Assembly (NCBI GenBank): GCA_965262715.1
Contig: OZ253553.1
Location: 1,920,001-1,984,000 of the forward strand
DNA: 64,000 bases
DNA from: Bdellovibrionales bacterium
GTDB lineage: Bacteria > Bdellovibrionota > Bdellovibrionia > Bdellovibrionales > JAUICD01
Reading direction: 5' to 3'
Shown: positions 39,574 through 49,683 of the stretch, one piece after another
How the letters are laid out: each line of letters begins with the position of its first letter
Position numbering within the stretch: the stretch's first letter is position 1
Translations under genes and position numbers: made by a program
Notes under the pieces: model-generated
The model's input: the letters and a program-made list of their open reading frames with translations, nothing else
What the model was told of the DNA's origin: nothing
The model's database searches: none

Positions 39574-41214
39574 TTGTCTGAAATGAAATTTGAACAGCTC
39601 AATTTATCAAAAGAGGTTTTAGATGGTATTCGCAAATGTGATTTCAAGGAATGCACACCAGTACAAGAAGCCGTAATCCCTTTAATTCTAGAAGGAAAAG
39701 ACATTGATGGGTTATCTCAGACAGGTACAGGTAAAACAGCAGCTTTTTTAATTCCTCTCATAGAACGCGTATTGCAATCTATCAAAGCATCTTCTAATGA
39801 TCTTGACATTGCCGTAAAAGAGGCTGAGGGCGAGACGACAAATAATGAAGACTCTAATCATATTACTATTAAAGAGAATAAATGGGCTTATCCTAATTGG
39901 AAGAAAGGCCACTTTATTTTAATTCTAGATCCTACACGAGAGCTGGCACAACAAGTTCATGATGATCTCATAAGACTTAAAGGAGACACAAATATAAAAC
40001 CTGTATTGATCCATGGAGGGTCTAAATATGAATCTCAAAAAGAAGAATTAGCAGCTGATTTTAATTTTACTATCAGTACCCCAGGCAGACTGATTGATCT
40101 TTATAAACAGCATGTTATAGACCTCAAACAGTGTCGTGGAGTTGTTTTTGATGAGGCAGATAGAATGTTTGACATGGGTTTTAAAAGCGATATGCAATTT
40201 TTACTTTATCGTATACCTAAGCATCGCCAAGTTCTACTCTTTAGCGCAACTTTAAGCTTTGATGTCACTCAAATGATCTACCAATTTGGAGCCAACCCAG
40301 TAGAATTTAATTTTAGTCGTGATGACATCAAAGCTGAAAACATAGACGACCAACTTTTTCATATTGGCACACATGAAAAACCTCAGTATTTACTATCTAT
40401 ACTTAAAAAATTCAAGCCTCAGCAAGCTATTGTTTTTAGTAACTTTAAAAATCAAATTGGCCGTATTGTTCACTTCTTAAATGAAAATGGTTATCAAACA
40501 GTGGGCATGTCCAGTTTGCTTCCTCAAAGCCAAAGAAAGCAAGTCATAGAACACTTTAAAACAGCAAAAAAGCAAAGTGTGCTTGTAGCAACAGACCTTG
40601 CAGCCAGAGGCTTAGATATAAAAGAGTTAGACATGGTTATTAACTTTGAGCTTCCAGAGCAACCTGAAAACTATATTCATCGTATGGGACGAACTGGTCG
40701 TGCTGGTAGATCAGGTCACGCTGTGAGCTTGGCAGGAGAAAAAGACATAGAATCTCTTAGCAGAATCGAAACTTATTTAAAAAGTAAGGTAAAAGTAGGC
40801 TGGTTAGAGGATCAAGAGATCATACAAGAGTTTAAGAGTTTCCCTCAACAATTTGAAAGCTTTCCTATTTTCCCCGACCATCTTCTAAAAAATGGAGAAA
40901 GCTCTTCAAGAAAAAGAAAAAGCCAAAAAGTAGAGAATGATAAAAAAAATCAAAAAGTAGAGAGTGATAAAAAAAGTCAAAAAGAATCTCCGTCATCCAC
41001 ACAAAATAAATCATTAAAAAGGTCTATCTCTCAAAGGAGATATATTCATAGAGATCGCATTTTAGGTCGGCATGAGCGCGACAATGTTATAAAAAAGAAG
41101 GCTTCTCCCCAAAAAATAAAGCGTTCAAAAAAGTCTTATAAAGTTATACGTCGTTCATCTCAAAAGACACTCTCCCATAAGATCAAAACATTTTTTAAAA
41201 AATTGTTTACCTAA
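39574..41214 (+). CDS. DEAD-box RNA helicase (RhlB-like)
   Basis: Q motif, QTGTGKT, PTRELA, DEAD, SAT, ARGLD, HRMGRTGR. Confidence 0.93.
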   Translation: MSEMKFEQLNLSKEVLDGIRKCDFKECTPVQEAVIPLILEGKDIDGLSQTGTGKTAAFLIPLIERVLQSIKASSNDLDIAVKEAEGETTNNEDSNHITIKENKWAYPNWKKGHFILILDPTRELAQQVHDDLIRLKGDTNIKPVLIHGGSKYESQKEELAADFNFTISTPGRLIDLYKQHVIDLKQCRGVVFDEADRMFDMGFKSDMQFLLYRIPKHRQVLLFSATLSFDVTQMIYQFGANPVEFNFSRDDIKAENIDDQLFHIGTHEKPQYLLSILKKFKPQQAIVFSNFKNQIGRIVHFLNENGYQTVGMSSLLPQSQRKQVIEHFKTAKKQSVLVATDLAARGLDIKELDMVINFELPEQPENYIHRMGRTGRAGRSGHAVSLAGEKDIESLSRIETYLKSKVKVGWLEDQEIIQEFKSFPQQFESFPIFPDHLLKNGESSSRKRKSQKVENDKKNQKVESDKKSQKESPSSTQNKSLKRSISQRRYIHRDRILGRHERDNVIKKKASPQKIKRSKKSYKVIRRSSQKTLSHKIKTFFKKLFT

Positions 41215-41367
41215 CCTATTATATTTCAAATAAATAAAAGTTCACAACTTGTACTACATTGGCAAGTTAATGGTTTTGTTGCACAAATACTTATATGTTT
41301 TAGTAGTATCTTTTGACAGGCTTGTGAACTAGCTCTTATTCAATGCCTTATGATAAAAGCAAAAATT

Positions 41368-41637
41368 TTTCCTTAACATTGGGTTAAAAAACGAGGAGAG
41401 TCTCCCTCCTAAAAATGAACAGATTTTTGAGGCAATCAGCATTTTACTGACGGTGCTAACCGTCAAACTAACTGATAAACAACAACGATTCCCTTAACAT
41501 TGGGTCAAAAAACGAGGGGAGTCTTCTTACTAAAAATGTCCCAAGCTTTCCAGGCAGTCAGCTTTTTACGACGACGAGAGTCGTCGAGCTTACTGCCAGA
41601 AAGTTGCTAGGAGCAAGGGGCATTTTTAGTGATACAG
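41368..41637 (+). repeat. Structured repeat family A, two tandem units
   Basis: Cores at 41371 and 41492; 41510-41637 is nearly identical to 56490-56617. Confidence 0.85.
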
Positions 41638-42718
41638 CAAGCAAGGCAAAAGCACCGCCTTCCACAGCCTTTATAGGCCATCCTAGATCATCTGAAGTGA
41701 TCACATAAGGAAACTGCTCTTTTACATTATTAGATAAAATATATTTGATGCGATGTACTAAATAATGATTTAAAGCTCCACCTCCACATAATACCACAAC
41801 ATCTGGTAGACAAGGTAAATCTGATTTATAGGAGCGCCCAATAAGTTGAGCTGTAAAGTCTGTCAGCGTCGCTGCTTGGTCGGCTCGAGAACACCCTTTC
41901 AAATCCTTAAGGCATTGCTTAAAAAAAACATCAAATTCTTTACGGTCAAAGCTCTTAGGAGGTTTTTTCAAAACCCAAGAAGATGCCATCCACTTTTTAA
42001 TAATAAGAGAGTTTGTAATACCTTGAAAAGCCAGTTGCCCATCCTGATCATAATAAGATTTTCCTTTTGTTATTTTATTTATAAAAGAGTCTATTAAGGT
42101 ATTTCCAGGCCCTATATCATAAGAGATAACAGATCCCTTAAAAATAGATGTGACATTAGCAATTCCCCCTATATTTTGTATAGCAATGTGGGTATCTTTT
42201 ATTTTTCTCTGATGGATTTTTTTAGATTTAGAAGAAAGCCACTGGAAAACCCTTTGCGCGAGAACTTTTTGATGAAACAGAGTAGCAAGAGGAGCACCTT
42301 GTCCACCAAGAGCAATATCCATTGAACGAAAATCTGAGATCACAGGCACCTTTAATTTTATAGCCAAAAAGCAGGGCTTTCCGATTTGTAAAGTAGCATG
42401 TCCACCATGATGATAAACTGTTTGTCCATGTGATCCTATAAGATGTATTTTCCATCGTCTTTTACGTTGGTGTTGAGATAGCTCATTTGCATAGAATTTA
42501 CCTAATTCAAAATCCAATTCGACTAATTGATCGATAGGGAGATTGTGCGAAGTAGCCTTTAAAAGCTTTTGGTAAAGAGCTTTAGGGTATTGAGAGCAGG
42601 CTTGATCTAAAAATGTCATTTTAAAAGGCTTTTTTTGTATACGAGAAAGGACAAAATCCACACCATCCAAACTTGTCCCACTCATAATACCTACAACTTG
42701 AAGATTCTTCCTTATCAT
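41558..42718 (-). CDS. anmK: Anhydro-N-acetylmuramic acid kinase, C-terminus replaced by repeat
   Basis: GIMSGTSLDGVD, GSHGQTV, DIALGGQGAPL, NIGGIAN, DIGPGN, CGGGALN; last 26 aa are repeat-derived. Confidence 0.9.
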   Translation of the reverse strand: MIRKNLQVVGIMSGTSLDGVDFVLSRIQKKPFKMTFLDQACSQYPKALYQKLLKATSHNLPIDQLVELDFELGKFYANELSQHQRKRRWKIHLIGSHGQTVYHHGGHATLQIGKPCFLAIKLKVPVISDFRSMDIALGGQGAPLATLFHQKVLAQRVFQWLSSKSKKIHQRKIKDTHIAIQNIGGIANVTSIFKGSVISYDIGPGNTLIDSFINKITKGKSYYDQDGQLAFQGITNSLIIKKWMASSWVLKKPPKSFDRKEFDVFFKQCLKDLKGCSRADQAATLTDFTAQLIGRSYKSDLPCLPDVVVLCGGGALNHYLVHRIKYILSNNVKEQFPYVITSDDLGWPIKAVEGGAFALLAVSLKMPLAPSNFLAVSSTTLVVVKS

Positions 42719-43032
42719 AGTCTATCTTGCCTCCATCTGATTTACAGAGCTTTTTTGATTCTAAAATGCCAACATCTATGGATATCTTGACTTAAGAGTC
42801 CTTAATCTGTCTGTATACTACACTATACAAAATCAATAAAAAATGAAATAATTAGGATATCAAGAGGCCTTCAATTTCTTTTATGAGGTTTTTAAAGATT
42901 TTCTTATTCTTTCTATTCTATCTGTATTGATGACATAGTTATTTAAGAAGGTTTGTGTTGGTTTTATGTTAAAATAATGAAACACACATTAAGATACTTC
43001 ATTTTCAAAAACCCCTTTTTTAAACAATTAAT

Positions 43033-44982
43033 CCTGAGTTTGGCAGTTGAAAAAATAAAGTTAAGTAATTTTAATTACTTAAAGGCACATTGAGATTTTG
43101 TGCCACTAGGTTTTTGTTTTTTAGTGTGGTTTTTAAGAAAAGTAAATTGCAGTAATGAAGTTATTCTACTTTAAGTTGTTTAGAAGGTATCTTAACTCCT
43201 ATAGCTTTAAATACATCAGCATTGTTACCGTTAATGTCTGTTCTGATCCAAATAGTTTTGTCTTTATATCTGACAGGTATAGCTCGTACTTCTTTCAGCT
43301 TTAACATAGCCTCTGCTACACTTAATGGTCTTGGCTTTATTCTCTTGCCTGTGGTCGCATTATCTTTTAATGTGATCTTTTTTTGATCTAACTTCTTAGC
43401 ACAATAAGCCTCACATAAATAAGATAGAAAACATACAACTAAATGTCCTAATATTCTCTTGTCTGTCCAGTGGAACATAGGACGTGTCTTTAATGTACCC
43501 TTCAACTCTCTAAATGAATTCTCTACCTTCCATAACTGCTTATAGTTCATTATAATCTCTTCAGAGCTTAAATCTGTATTTGTAATTATTCCAAAAAAAC
43601 CATCTGTCTTTTCTGACTCATTTATAGCTGACTTATTTAAAGTAGGCTTGCCTTTACTCTTAGGATGAGTGATGTATTTCTTATAATTACTATTAGATAA
43701 AAAAGATCTTGTGCTTATGGACTTCTTTGATAATTGAGCTTCTATCTTAGATAGAATATCTTCTCTTACTTTCTTATCTCGTTCTGCTCTCTTTCTTGAC
43801 CATGTAATTATACAACGATCATTATTATAGCTCGTCTCGTATATAGCTAAATCTTCATTTATAAATTTAAAATTCTTTATACTATATATCTCTTCATGAC
43901 GATCCTTTAATAAACCTAGCTTTAATCCTACTATAAATTCATCTCCCTTTGCTTTTAGAGATTGGAGATTCTTATTAGAAAATAAACCTCTATCTCCTAC
44001 TAATATAAATCTTCTGATCTTAAACTTCTTCTTTAACTTTGTCATAACTGAAGGTATTGTTTTACCTTCAAAGGTATTCCCGGGATAAACATCAAATCCT
44101 AAGGGCATACCTTCTGTATCTACTAAAAGTCCAAATACCACCTGGGTACAATCACTTCTTTTCTCTTTGCTATAACCAAATCTCCGAAGATTATCTAAAT
44201 CCTCACGGGTGCTCTCAAACCTCAATGTCGTTAAATCATACAAAATAACATCACACTCATTGAAAAAACTTAACTGAGACTTACCTCGCATATAAAGACT
44301 CTTCTCTATATCTTCCTTATGGTGAGATAGAATATCTAAAGAACGATAAATATCATCGATCTTAAGATCCTTCTCTAAAAAATCAGGGTAAAATAACTGT
44401 TGCCAATGTGAATATAATTTCAGCTTAGAACATGGCTCTATGAATCGATTTACAACTAATGTAAAAACTACCTTCATAAGATCAAATGCAACTTTAGGAT
44501 GTCGCTTCTGTATATCTTTTAGTAATTCATACAAACCCAATTGCTTAAATAGGGTATCTATAATAAGTAAGGGACCTAATATAAAAGTGTTCTGTACATC
44601 AATCTCTTTAGCTATTTGACTGGCAGATACAACATCTAAATGACGGCTTAGAAGAGCAAGAAGATCTTCTAGTCGAGCATCTTTAGCTCGGCCTAAAGAC
44701 ATGAGGGTTCTATGGTTACTTTTACCATCTTTCCAATAGCTTTCAGCTATGTGATAGTAAGCTTGGCCTCTGGAGTTTTTTGTCTTCTTTATGAACATAG
44801 AGATATACTAGGATAAAAATATAAAAAATCAAGTAAAATAAGTATATAATGCAGTGTATAATAATAAGTTGTTTCACTAGGACTTTTGACCAAAACTCAA
44901 ACCCAATAACCCCTAACTACTATAAATAAAGCATTCTTTAAAAAAAATGTTCCGAAAATTAAAATTAACTGCCAAACTCAGG
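43033..44982 (-). mobile_element. IS1634-family insertion sequence
   Basis: Perfect 16-bp terminal IR cctgagtttggcagtt / aactgccaaactcagg. Confidence 0.93.
43161..44798 (-). CDS. IS1634-family DDE transposase
   Basis: LYDLTTLRFE, GYSKEKRSD, VGDRGL, YKQLWKVENSFRELK, RPMFHW. Confidence 0.93.
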   Translation of the reverse strand: MFIKKTKNSRGQAYYHIAESYWKDGKSNHRTLMSLGRAKDARLEDLLALLSRHLDVVSASQIAKEIDVQNTFILGPLLIIDTLFKQLGLYELLKDIQKRHPKVAFDLMKVVFTLVVNRFIEPCSKLKLYSHWQQLFYPDFLEKDLKIDDIYRSLDILSHHKEDIEKSLYMRGKSQLSFFNECDVILYDLTTLRFESTREDLDNLRRFGYSKEKRSDCTQVVFGLLVDTEGMPLGFDVYPGNTFEGKTIPSVMTKLKKKFKIRRFILVGDRGLFSNKNLQSLKAKGDEFIVGLKLGLLKDRHEEIYSIKNFKFINEDLAIYETSYNNDRCIITWSRKRAERDKKVREDILSKIEAQLSKKSISTRSFLSNSNYKKYITHPKSKGKPTLNKSAINESEKTDGFFGIITNTDLSSEEIIMNYKQLWKVENSFRELKGTLKTRPMFHWTDKRILGHLVVCFLSYLCEAYCAKKLDQKKITLKDNATTGKRIKPRPLSVAEAMLKLKEVRAIPVRYKDKTIWIRTDINGNNADVFKAIGVKIPSKQLKVE

Positions 44983-45155
44983 ATTTAAGAAGGTTTGTGT
45001 TGGTTTTATGTTAAAATAATGAAACACACATTAAGATACTTCATTTTCAAAAACCCCTTTTTTAAACAATTAATTTAAAGTTCTATTAAATAAGCATGTA
45101 TCGGCATATTATTTATTCACTAAAATAAAAAATTCTATCGGCTTAAATTGAAAAT

Positions 45156-45567
45156 TTAAAAAGAAAAAGAGAAGTGACCATCATTAGACATATAAAAACA
45201 ACCCTTACAAAGAATATCCCTACCTAAAAGCACATCATAGTCTTTTTTAAGTAGAAGGACTTGTGTTACTTGTAGATACACTTTACTCATTGCTATTAAA
45301 TCTTGAGTTAATGATGAGTCAAGAACAAAACCAAAGGAAACATCATAAACAAAAGTGTCTTTTATGCCTGAAGGACTTGATATTGTTATTTGCCCATTAG
45401 GGTGTAAATCTAAATCTTTTACAACTTTTTCTGATACACAAGTGCTATCTGCACCAGTATCAATAAGGGCATTGTACTTGCTAGTCTTATTATTGACTAA
45501 TCGATGTAATAATAACTTGAATTAAAGGACCAATACCTTTGTGATATTTAGATGACAGGCATGGCAT
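45156..45567 (-). pseudogene. Frameshifted retropepsin-like aspartic protease
   Basis: Hand translation: MPCLSSKY..GPLIQVII then stop; the next frame gives NALIDTGADSTCVS...YDVLLGRDIL..GHFSFSF*. Confidence 0.75.
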
Positions 45568-45838
45568 AAGAAAAATACCCTAAATCAATTGGCATCTCCT
45601 TAATGTGTTGTATTGAAAAGATATCGTCTTTATAATTCATTTCTGCCCTTTTATGTGCATCTTCAAGTGATTTAAAAAAATCAATTATTTTACCATCTTT
45701 CATAAGGGCATATTCATTTTTGTGTGTCTTAAGAAGCTCTGGAAGTTGTTCAATAAAAACCTTAAAATTGCTTTTTATTTGCTCCTCTCGTTTTAAGTCC
45801 TTATTTTTCAAGTCTTGATTGATTTCCATCATAAGCAA
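45548..45838 (-). CDS. Small hypothetical protein (DUF5678-like) coupled to the aspartic protease
   Basis: LPELLKTHKNEYALMKDGKIIDFF..DA pattern; 3' end overlaps the protease start. Confidence 0.7.
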   Translation of the reverse strand: MLMMEINQDLKNKDLKREEQIKSNFKVFIEQLPELLKTHKNEYALMKDGKIIDFFKSLEDAHKRAEMNYKDDIFSIQHIKEMPIDLGYFSYAMPVI

Positions 45839-46253
45839 GACTCCTTACTCTTAATATAATATTACATTTTTTATGATTAATCAATATCTCATGAAGCGTC
45901 ATATTGAAACAAATAAGGCTTTAAGCAGTTTTTATAAGAACCAATTAAAATAAGTAAAACAAGCTTTGATACTATAATTTATATAGAGCTATCACTTCCA
46001 TATTTGCCATGTATTGAGTTTAAAGGAGCTAGTAGGAAAACCAGAGCTTACGTATTGCTTCATAATGCCTATAGAGATTTTCTCTCATTATAGTCCATTT
46101 TCCTTCTAATTAATTAGACAGCTTTTTTAACCCAAAAGTTTCAACATCTCTAGAGCCTTGACTTAAGAGTCCTTATATCATATCTATCTATACATAAAAT
46201 AAACTAAAGATAAAACGATTTAAGAAAAACGATGATTATAAGAGAACTTTAAG

Positions 46254-47030
46254 ATGTTAAGATGGTTATTGAAAAAAACAAAAAGAATCCCGTATTCAAG
46301 AGCACAAGACGCTTTTCAAAGGAAATCTTTATCCATTATACAAATGTTTTTAGAACAAAAAACACTTCTTCTTGCTATTGGCACTTTTTTATTGCTCGTA
46401 GGCGGCTTTTTTCCCATAAGGCAATATTACAAAGAACAAGCTGAAATAAAAGCACAGAGTCAGCTCTATCTGTCTACTGCTAAATGGGAGGCCCTAAAAA
46501 AAGCAGCTCCTCCAAAAACCACACTCAACCCAGATGAACCAGCTCTACCAACTCAAGAACAACAAGATCAACCTCTTAAAGATGAAGACTATAAACAACT
46601 TCAAGTAGGTTATGAAAGGGTTATTCAAAACCATCAAGGAACAAAAGGTGCTGTTTTAGCTGCTTTGCAATTAGCTAATTTGCACATCAACCAGGGAGAT
46701 ACTAAAGGAGCTCTCTATTCTATGCGGCAAGTTGAATCAACCTTGAATACAGAAAACATAATTGATGCAGTAGCTTTAATGTCTTTAGCCAGCCTTTATG
46801 CGGATAATCAACAGTGTACAAAGGCAATAGAGATTTGGTCAAAGATCATTGATGCATCCGATTTTTCTTTTTTTCATGGAGATGCGCTTCTTAAACAGGG
46901 ACTTTGTTTTGAACAAATGAAAAATACAGACATGGCTTATCAAAATTATCAAAAACTTGAAATGGACTATGGAGATTTTCCTTCAGGTCAAATGGCTCAA
47001 AGACTTTTACACTTAATGGATAAAAAGTAA
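46254..47030 (+). CDS. YfgM-like TPR membrane protein
   Basis: N-terminal TM followed by TPR-like helices; lies upstream of the bamB-like gene. Confidence 0.75.
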   Translation: MLRWLLKKTKRIPYSRAQDAFQRKSLSIIQMFLEQKTLLLAIGTFLLLVGGFFPIRQYYKEQAEIKAQSQLYLSTAKWEALKKAAPPKTTLNPDEPALPTQEQQDQPLKDEDYKQLQVGYERVIQNHQGTKGAVLAALQLANLHINQGDTKGALYSMRQVESTLNTENIIDAVALMSLASLYADNQQCTKAIEIWSKIIDASDFSFFHGDALLKQGLCFEQMKNTDMAYQNYQKLEMDYGDFPSGQMAQRLLHLMDKK

Positions 47031-47031
47031 T

Positions 47032-48126
47032 ATGTATTATTTTGTTTTTATTTTTTTTATATTAACAGCTTGTTCTCATAATCCTGATCTTTCTGTGAAA
47101 GCTCCTCGTGATTTAAAACCTCATTGGATGAAAAACACTTATAAAGAGGACATTCACTCTGATTCAAGAGTTCCTCACCTTATGAAGCCTCTCATTGTTC
47201 AAGACTTTATATTTCAGGGTAATGGTAGAGATGGTTTAGTTGCTTATAATAAAGACACAGGACAAAATTTATGGCGCAAGGATATTGAAGGAGGTGTTCA
47301 AGGTGCTACTTTTCACAATAACCACCTCTATATTTCTGGAGGGGATGGCTTAATTTACAGTGTAAATGCAAATACAGGGGAAACTATATGGACTTATAAT
47401 CTCAAATTAGAAATACTCCATTCTCCTACTTTCCACAAAGGTGTTTTATACATCCTTACAAGCAATAACACAGTCTATGCTTTAACAGCAGAAAAAGGTG
47501 AGCTTAAGTGGACCTATGCTCGTAAAGGAACATCTCTCCCTTTAAATATTTATGGCAATTCTCCTCCTTTAATTTACAAAGACAATATTTTATTGGGGTT
47601 GAGCGATGGATTTTTAGTTTGCATCACACAAGATGCAGGAACTTTGGCCTGGGAAAGGTCATTAAGTCAATACAGTCGTTTTAAAAACTTGTATATCACC
47701 ATACATGAGAACACCGTGTATGCCTCTAGCTATGAGCAAGATATTTATGCTTTGGATGCCAATTCTGGAAGAATAGTTTGGAGTATTGAAAAAATGGGTG
47801 GAAGTTCACCTGTGACTATCGATCAAAACAATATTTTCTTTTCTACATTTAATGGTGATATTGTTTCCGCAGATAAAGCTACAGGAAAGATAAAATGGAA
47901 GCATTCCTTAAAAAATTCAATTGCCACTCGGCCAGTTATTTTTCAAAACACAGTTTATGTAGCTCAAAGCAATGGCCCTTTACTCGCGTTGAATAAAACT
48001 TCTGGGGAGGTGGAAGCTCAATACGATAGAGTGAAAGGAGCTTTAGCTCCTATCCACCTTCAAGACGACAGAATTTACTTGATGTCAAGTGAAGGTCAAC
48101 TTCACGTGATAAGAGCCTCTCACTAA
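47032..48126 (+). CDS. bamB: BamB-like PQQ beta-propeller lipoprotein
   Basis: Lipobox LTAC; repeated A.D..TG...W blades; yfgM-bamB gene order. Confidence 0.8.
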   Translation: MYYFVFIFFILTACSHNPDLSVKAPRDLKPHWMKNTYKEDIHSDSRVPHLMKPLIVQDFIFQGNGRDGLVAYNKDTGQNLWRKDIEGGVQGATFHNNHLYISGGDGLIYSVNANTGETIWTYNLKLEILHSPTFHKGVLYILTSNNTVYALTAEKGELKWTYARKGTSLPLNIYGNSPPLIYKDNILLGLSDGFLVCITQDAGTLAWERSLSQYSRFKNLYITIHENTVYASSYEQDIYALDANSGRIVWSIEKMGGSSPVTIDQNNIFFSTFNGDIVSADKATGKIKWKHSLKNSIATRPVIFQNTVYVAQSNGPLLALNKTSGEVEAQYDRVKGALAPIHLQDDRIYLMSSEGQLHVIRASH

Positions 48127-48197
48127 ACTTCCTCCATCCTCCTATCTATTGAAAATTTAGACAGTTACAATTTTTCTACAACAGAGCTAAAAATACT

Positions 48198-48224
48198 TAA
48201 GCTTTAAGCCATTTTTACCGAAGC
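48198..48224 (+). promoter_or_regulatory. Weak sigma28-like promoter, duplicated at 49650-49676
   Basis: TAAG-N15-ACCGAA kept upstream of both paralogs. Confidence 0.4.
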
Positions 48225-48231
48225 TTTAATT

Positions 48232-49548
48232 ATGAGAAACCAAAAGTTCAAATATATTACTCTTTTCACTTTAATATTTACATTTATCCTTATCTTTACT
48301 TTCCAAAATTGCACAAAAAATGAAGAAGATGGCCCCGTAATTAGAGCGTCAACAGGAGGAGATAAGGCGGTCTTTAAACTCAGTGAGAAATATAATGGAG
48401 GAAATGATGTCTCTGAGATTTTATGGCAAATAAAGTCTGGCACTTGTGGTATGAGCACAATATCTACCGAGACTGCTTTGAATATTGAGATACCTTGGAA
48501 TCAAGATTATGAAGAAGGTGCATGGGGTGGTTTCCATATAGCAGCTCTCACCCATCTTGAACAAGAAGATTGCTTTATTTATCGCTCTTTTCATTTTAGT
48601 GATGTACTCTCTGTAGATCATTTAAGTTGTGTGCCCCAATATGGCTCTATTTCATTTTCACTTTCTGATGATTCATCAACTGAAAAAATTTATTTCCCTG
48701 CTGGTTCTTCTGTAAAACTTGAATTTAAAGCTTATGACGACTATAAAGGCACCGAAAGATCACTAGAAGACGAGTCTTTCCAGTGGAGTATTAAAAAAGT
48801 CGGAGATGACACAGAGCTTGCTGACTCATCTCACACGTCACATCAACTCACTCACACTTTTTCAGAAATGGGACTCTATGAAATTTCGACAAAATCAACT
48901 TCTTCTTCTGAAAACTCATCTAGATTTTTTGATGATAGACAGCTATTCATTGGCCTTTGTGAAAAAGAAGTAGAAGCTGTAGAAATTATTCTTAGTGAGG
49001 AAAGCTTTGGAAACTTAACACCAGAAGAAGTTTTAGAAACAAGACCCATTTTCAATTATGTCAGACCTTCCGACACAGATTCTAGCAACAAGGTGACTCT
49101 TATTTTTGATGATAGTCGAGAAAGGTATAGTGGACGTTCACCAAGTATTTACAAATATAACAGGAGCAGTTCATCTAAATTTATTGATATTGATATTCAA
49201 AATGCAGACGAATGCTTTTTTGATGATGAACCTATTCTAGCAACATGCATTCAAGCCGCAATAGGATGTCCTCCTGAGCAGCCAGATTGTGGTCTTCATT
49301 GTCCTTATGAGATAAGAGAAGGTTTATCTCCATTGTCATCCTGCAGCGGCAACGCACTAGATATGTCAACACTAGATACAGATACTACAGAGTGCACTGA
49401 TGATATTTTTGTGGTAGCAGCCTCTCAAACAGGTCAGGAATATAAACCACAGAAAACTTTTTATAAACACTGCCCAGCAGATCAAGACTATTGTTACTTT
49501 GGAGAAGAGGGAAATCGACCAAGCGATCATAACTGCCCTTCCTCTTAA
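48232..49548 (+). CDS. Cys-rich lipoprotein with a PKD-like segment, tandem copy 1
   Basis: FQNC lipobox; FQWSI..LTHTFSEMGLYEIS; long identical blocks shared with the next gene. Confidence 0.85.
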   Translation: MRNQKFKYITLFTLIFTFILIFTFQNCTKNEEDGPVIRASTGGDKAVFKLSEKYNGGNDVSEILWQIKSGTCGMSTISTETALNIEIPWNQDYEEGAWGGFHIAALTHLEQEDCFIYRSFHFSDVLSVDHLSCVPQYGSISFSLSDDSSTEKIYFPAGSSVKLEFKAYDDYKGTERSLEDESFQWSIKKVGDDTELADSSHTSHQLTHTFSEMGLYEISTKSTSSSENSSRFFDDRQLFIGLCEKEVEAVEIILSEESFGNLTPEEVLETRPIFNYVRPSDTDSSNKVTLIFDDSRERYSGRSPSIYKYNRSSSSKFIDIDIQNADECFFDDEPILATCIQAAIGCPPEQPDCGLHCPYEIREGLSPLSSCSGNALDMSTLDTDTTECTDDIFVVAASQTGQEYKPQKTFYKHCPADQDYCYFGEEGNRPSDHNCPSS

Positions 49549-49683
49549 ATAATCAAATCACTCATTAAACTTATAGACTCTCCTTATCATCTATGAACAT
49601 TTGCTCAGATTGTTGTCATTTTTCTGCTGCAAAAGGACTTAAAAATATTTAAGTTTTAAGCCATTTTTACCGAATTCTTAACT

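Larger units (their letters stand above)
42941..45074. repeat. 92-bp direct repeat flanking IS1634 (42941-43032 and 44983-45074)
   Basis: Identical atttaagaaggtttgtg...aaacaattaat abutting both IS ends. Confidence 0.92.

Noticed and set aside
45100..45160. Two GCCGATA boxes on the minus strand as sigma28 promoters
   Set aside because: The -35 match and spacing are poor and no gene start lies close downstream
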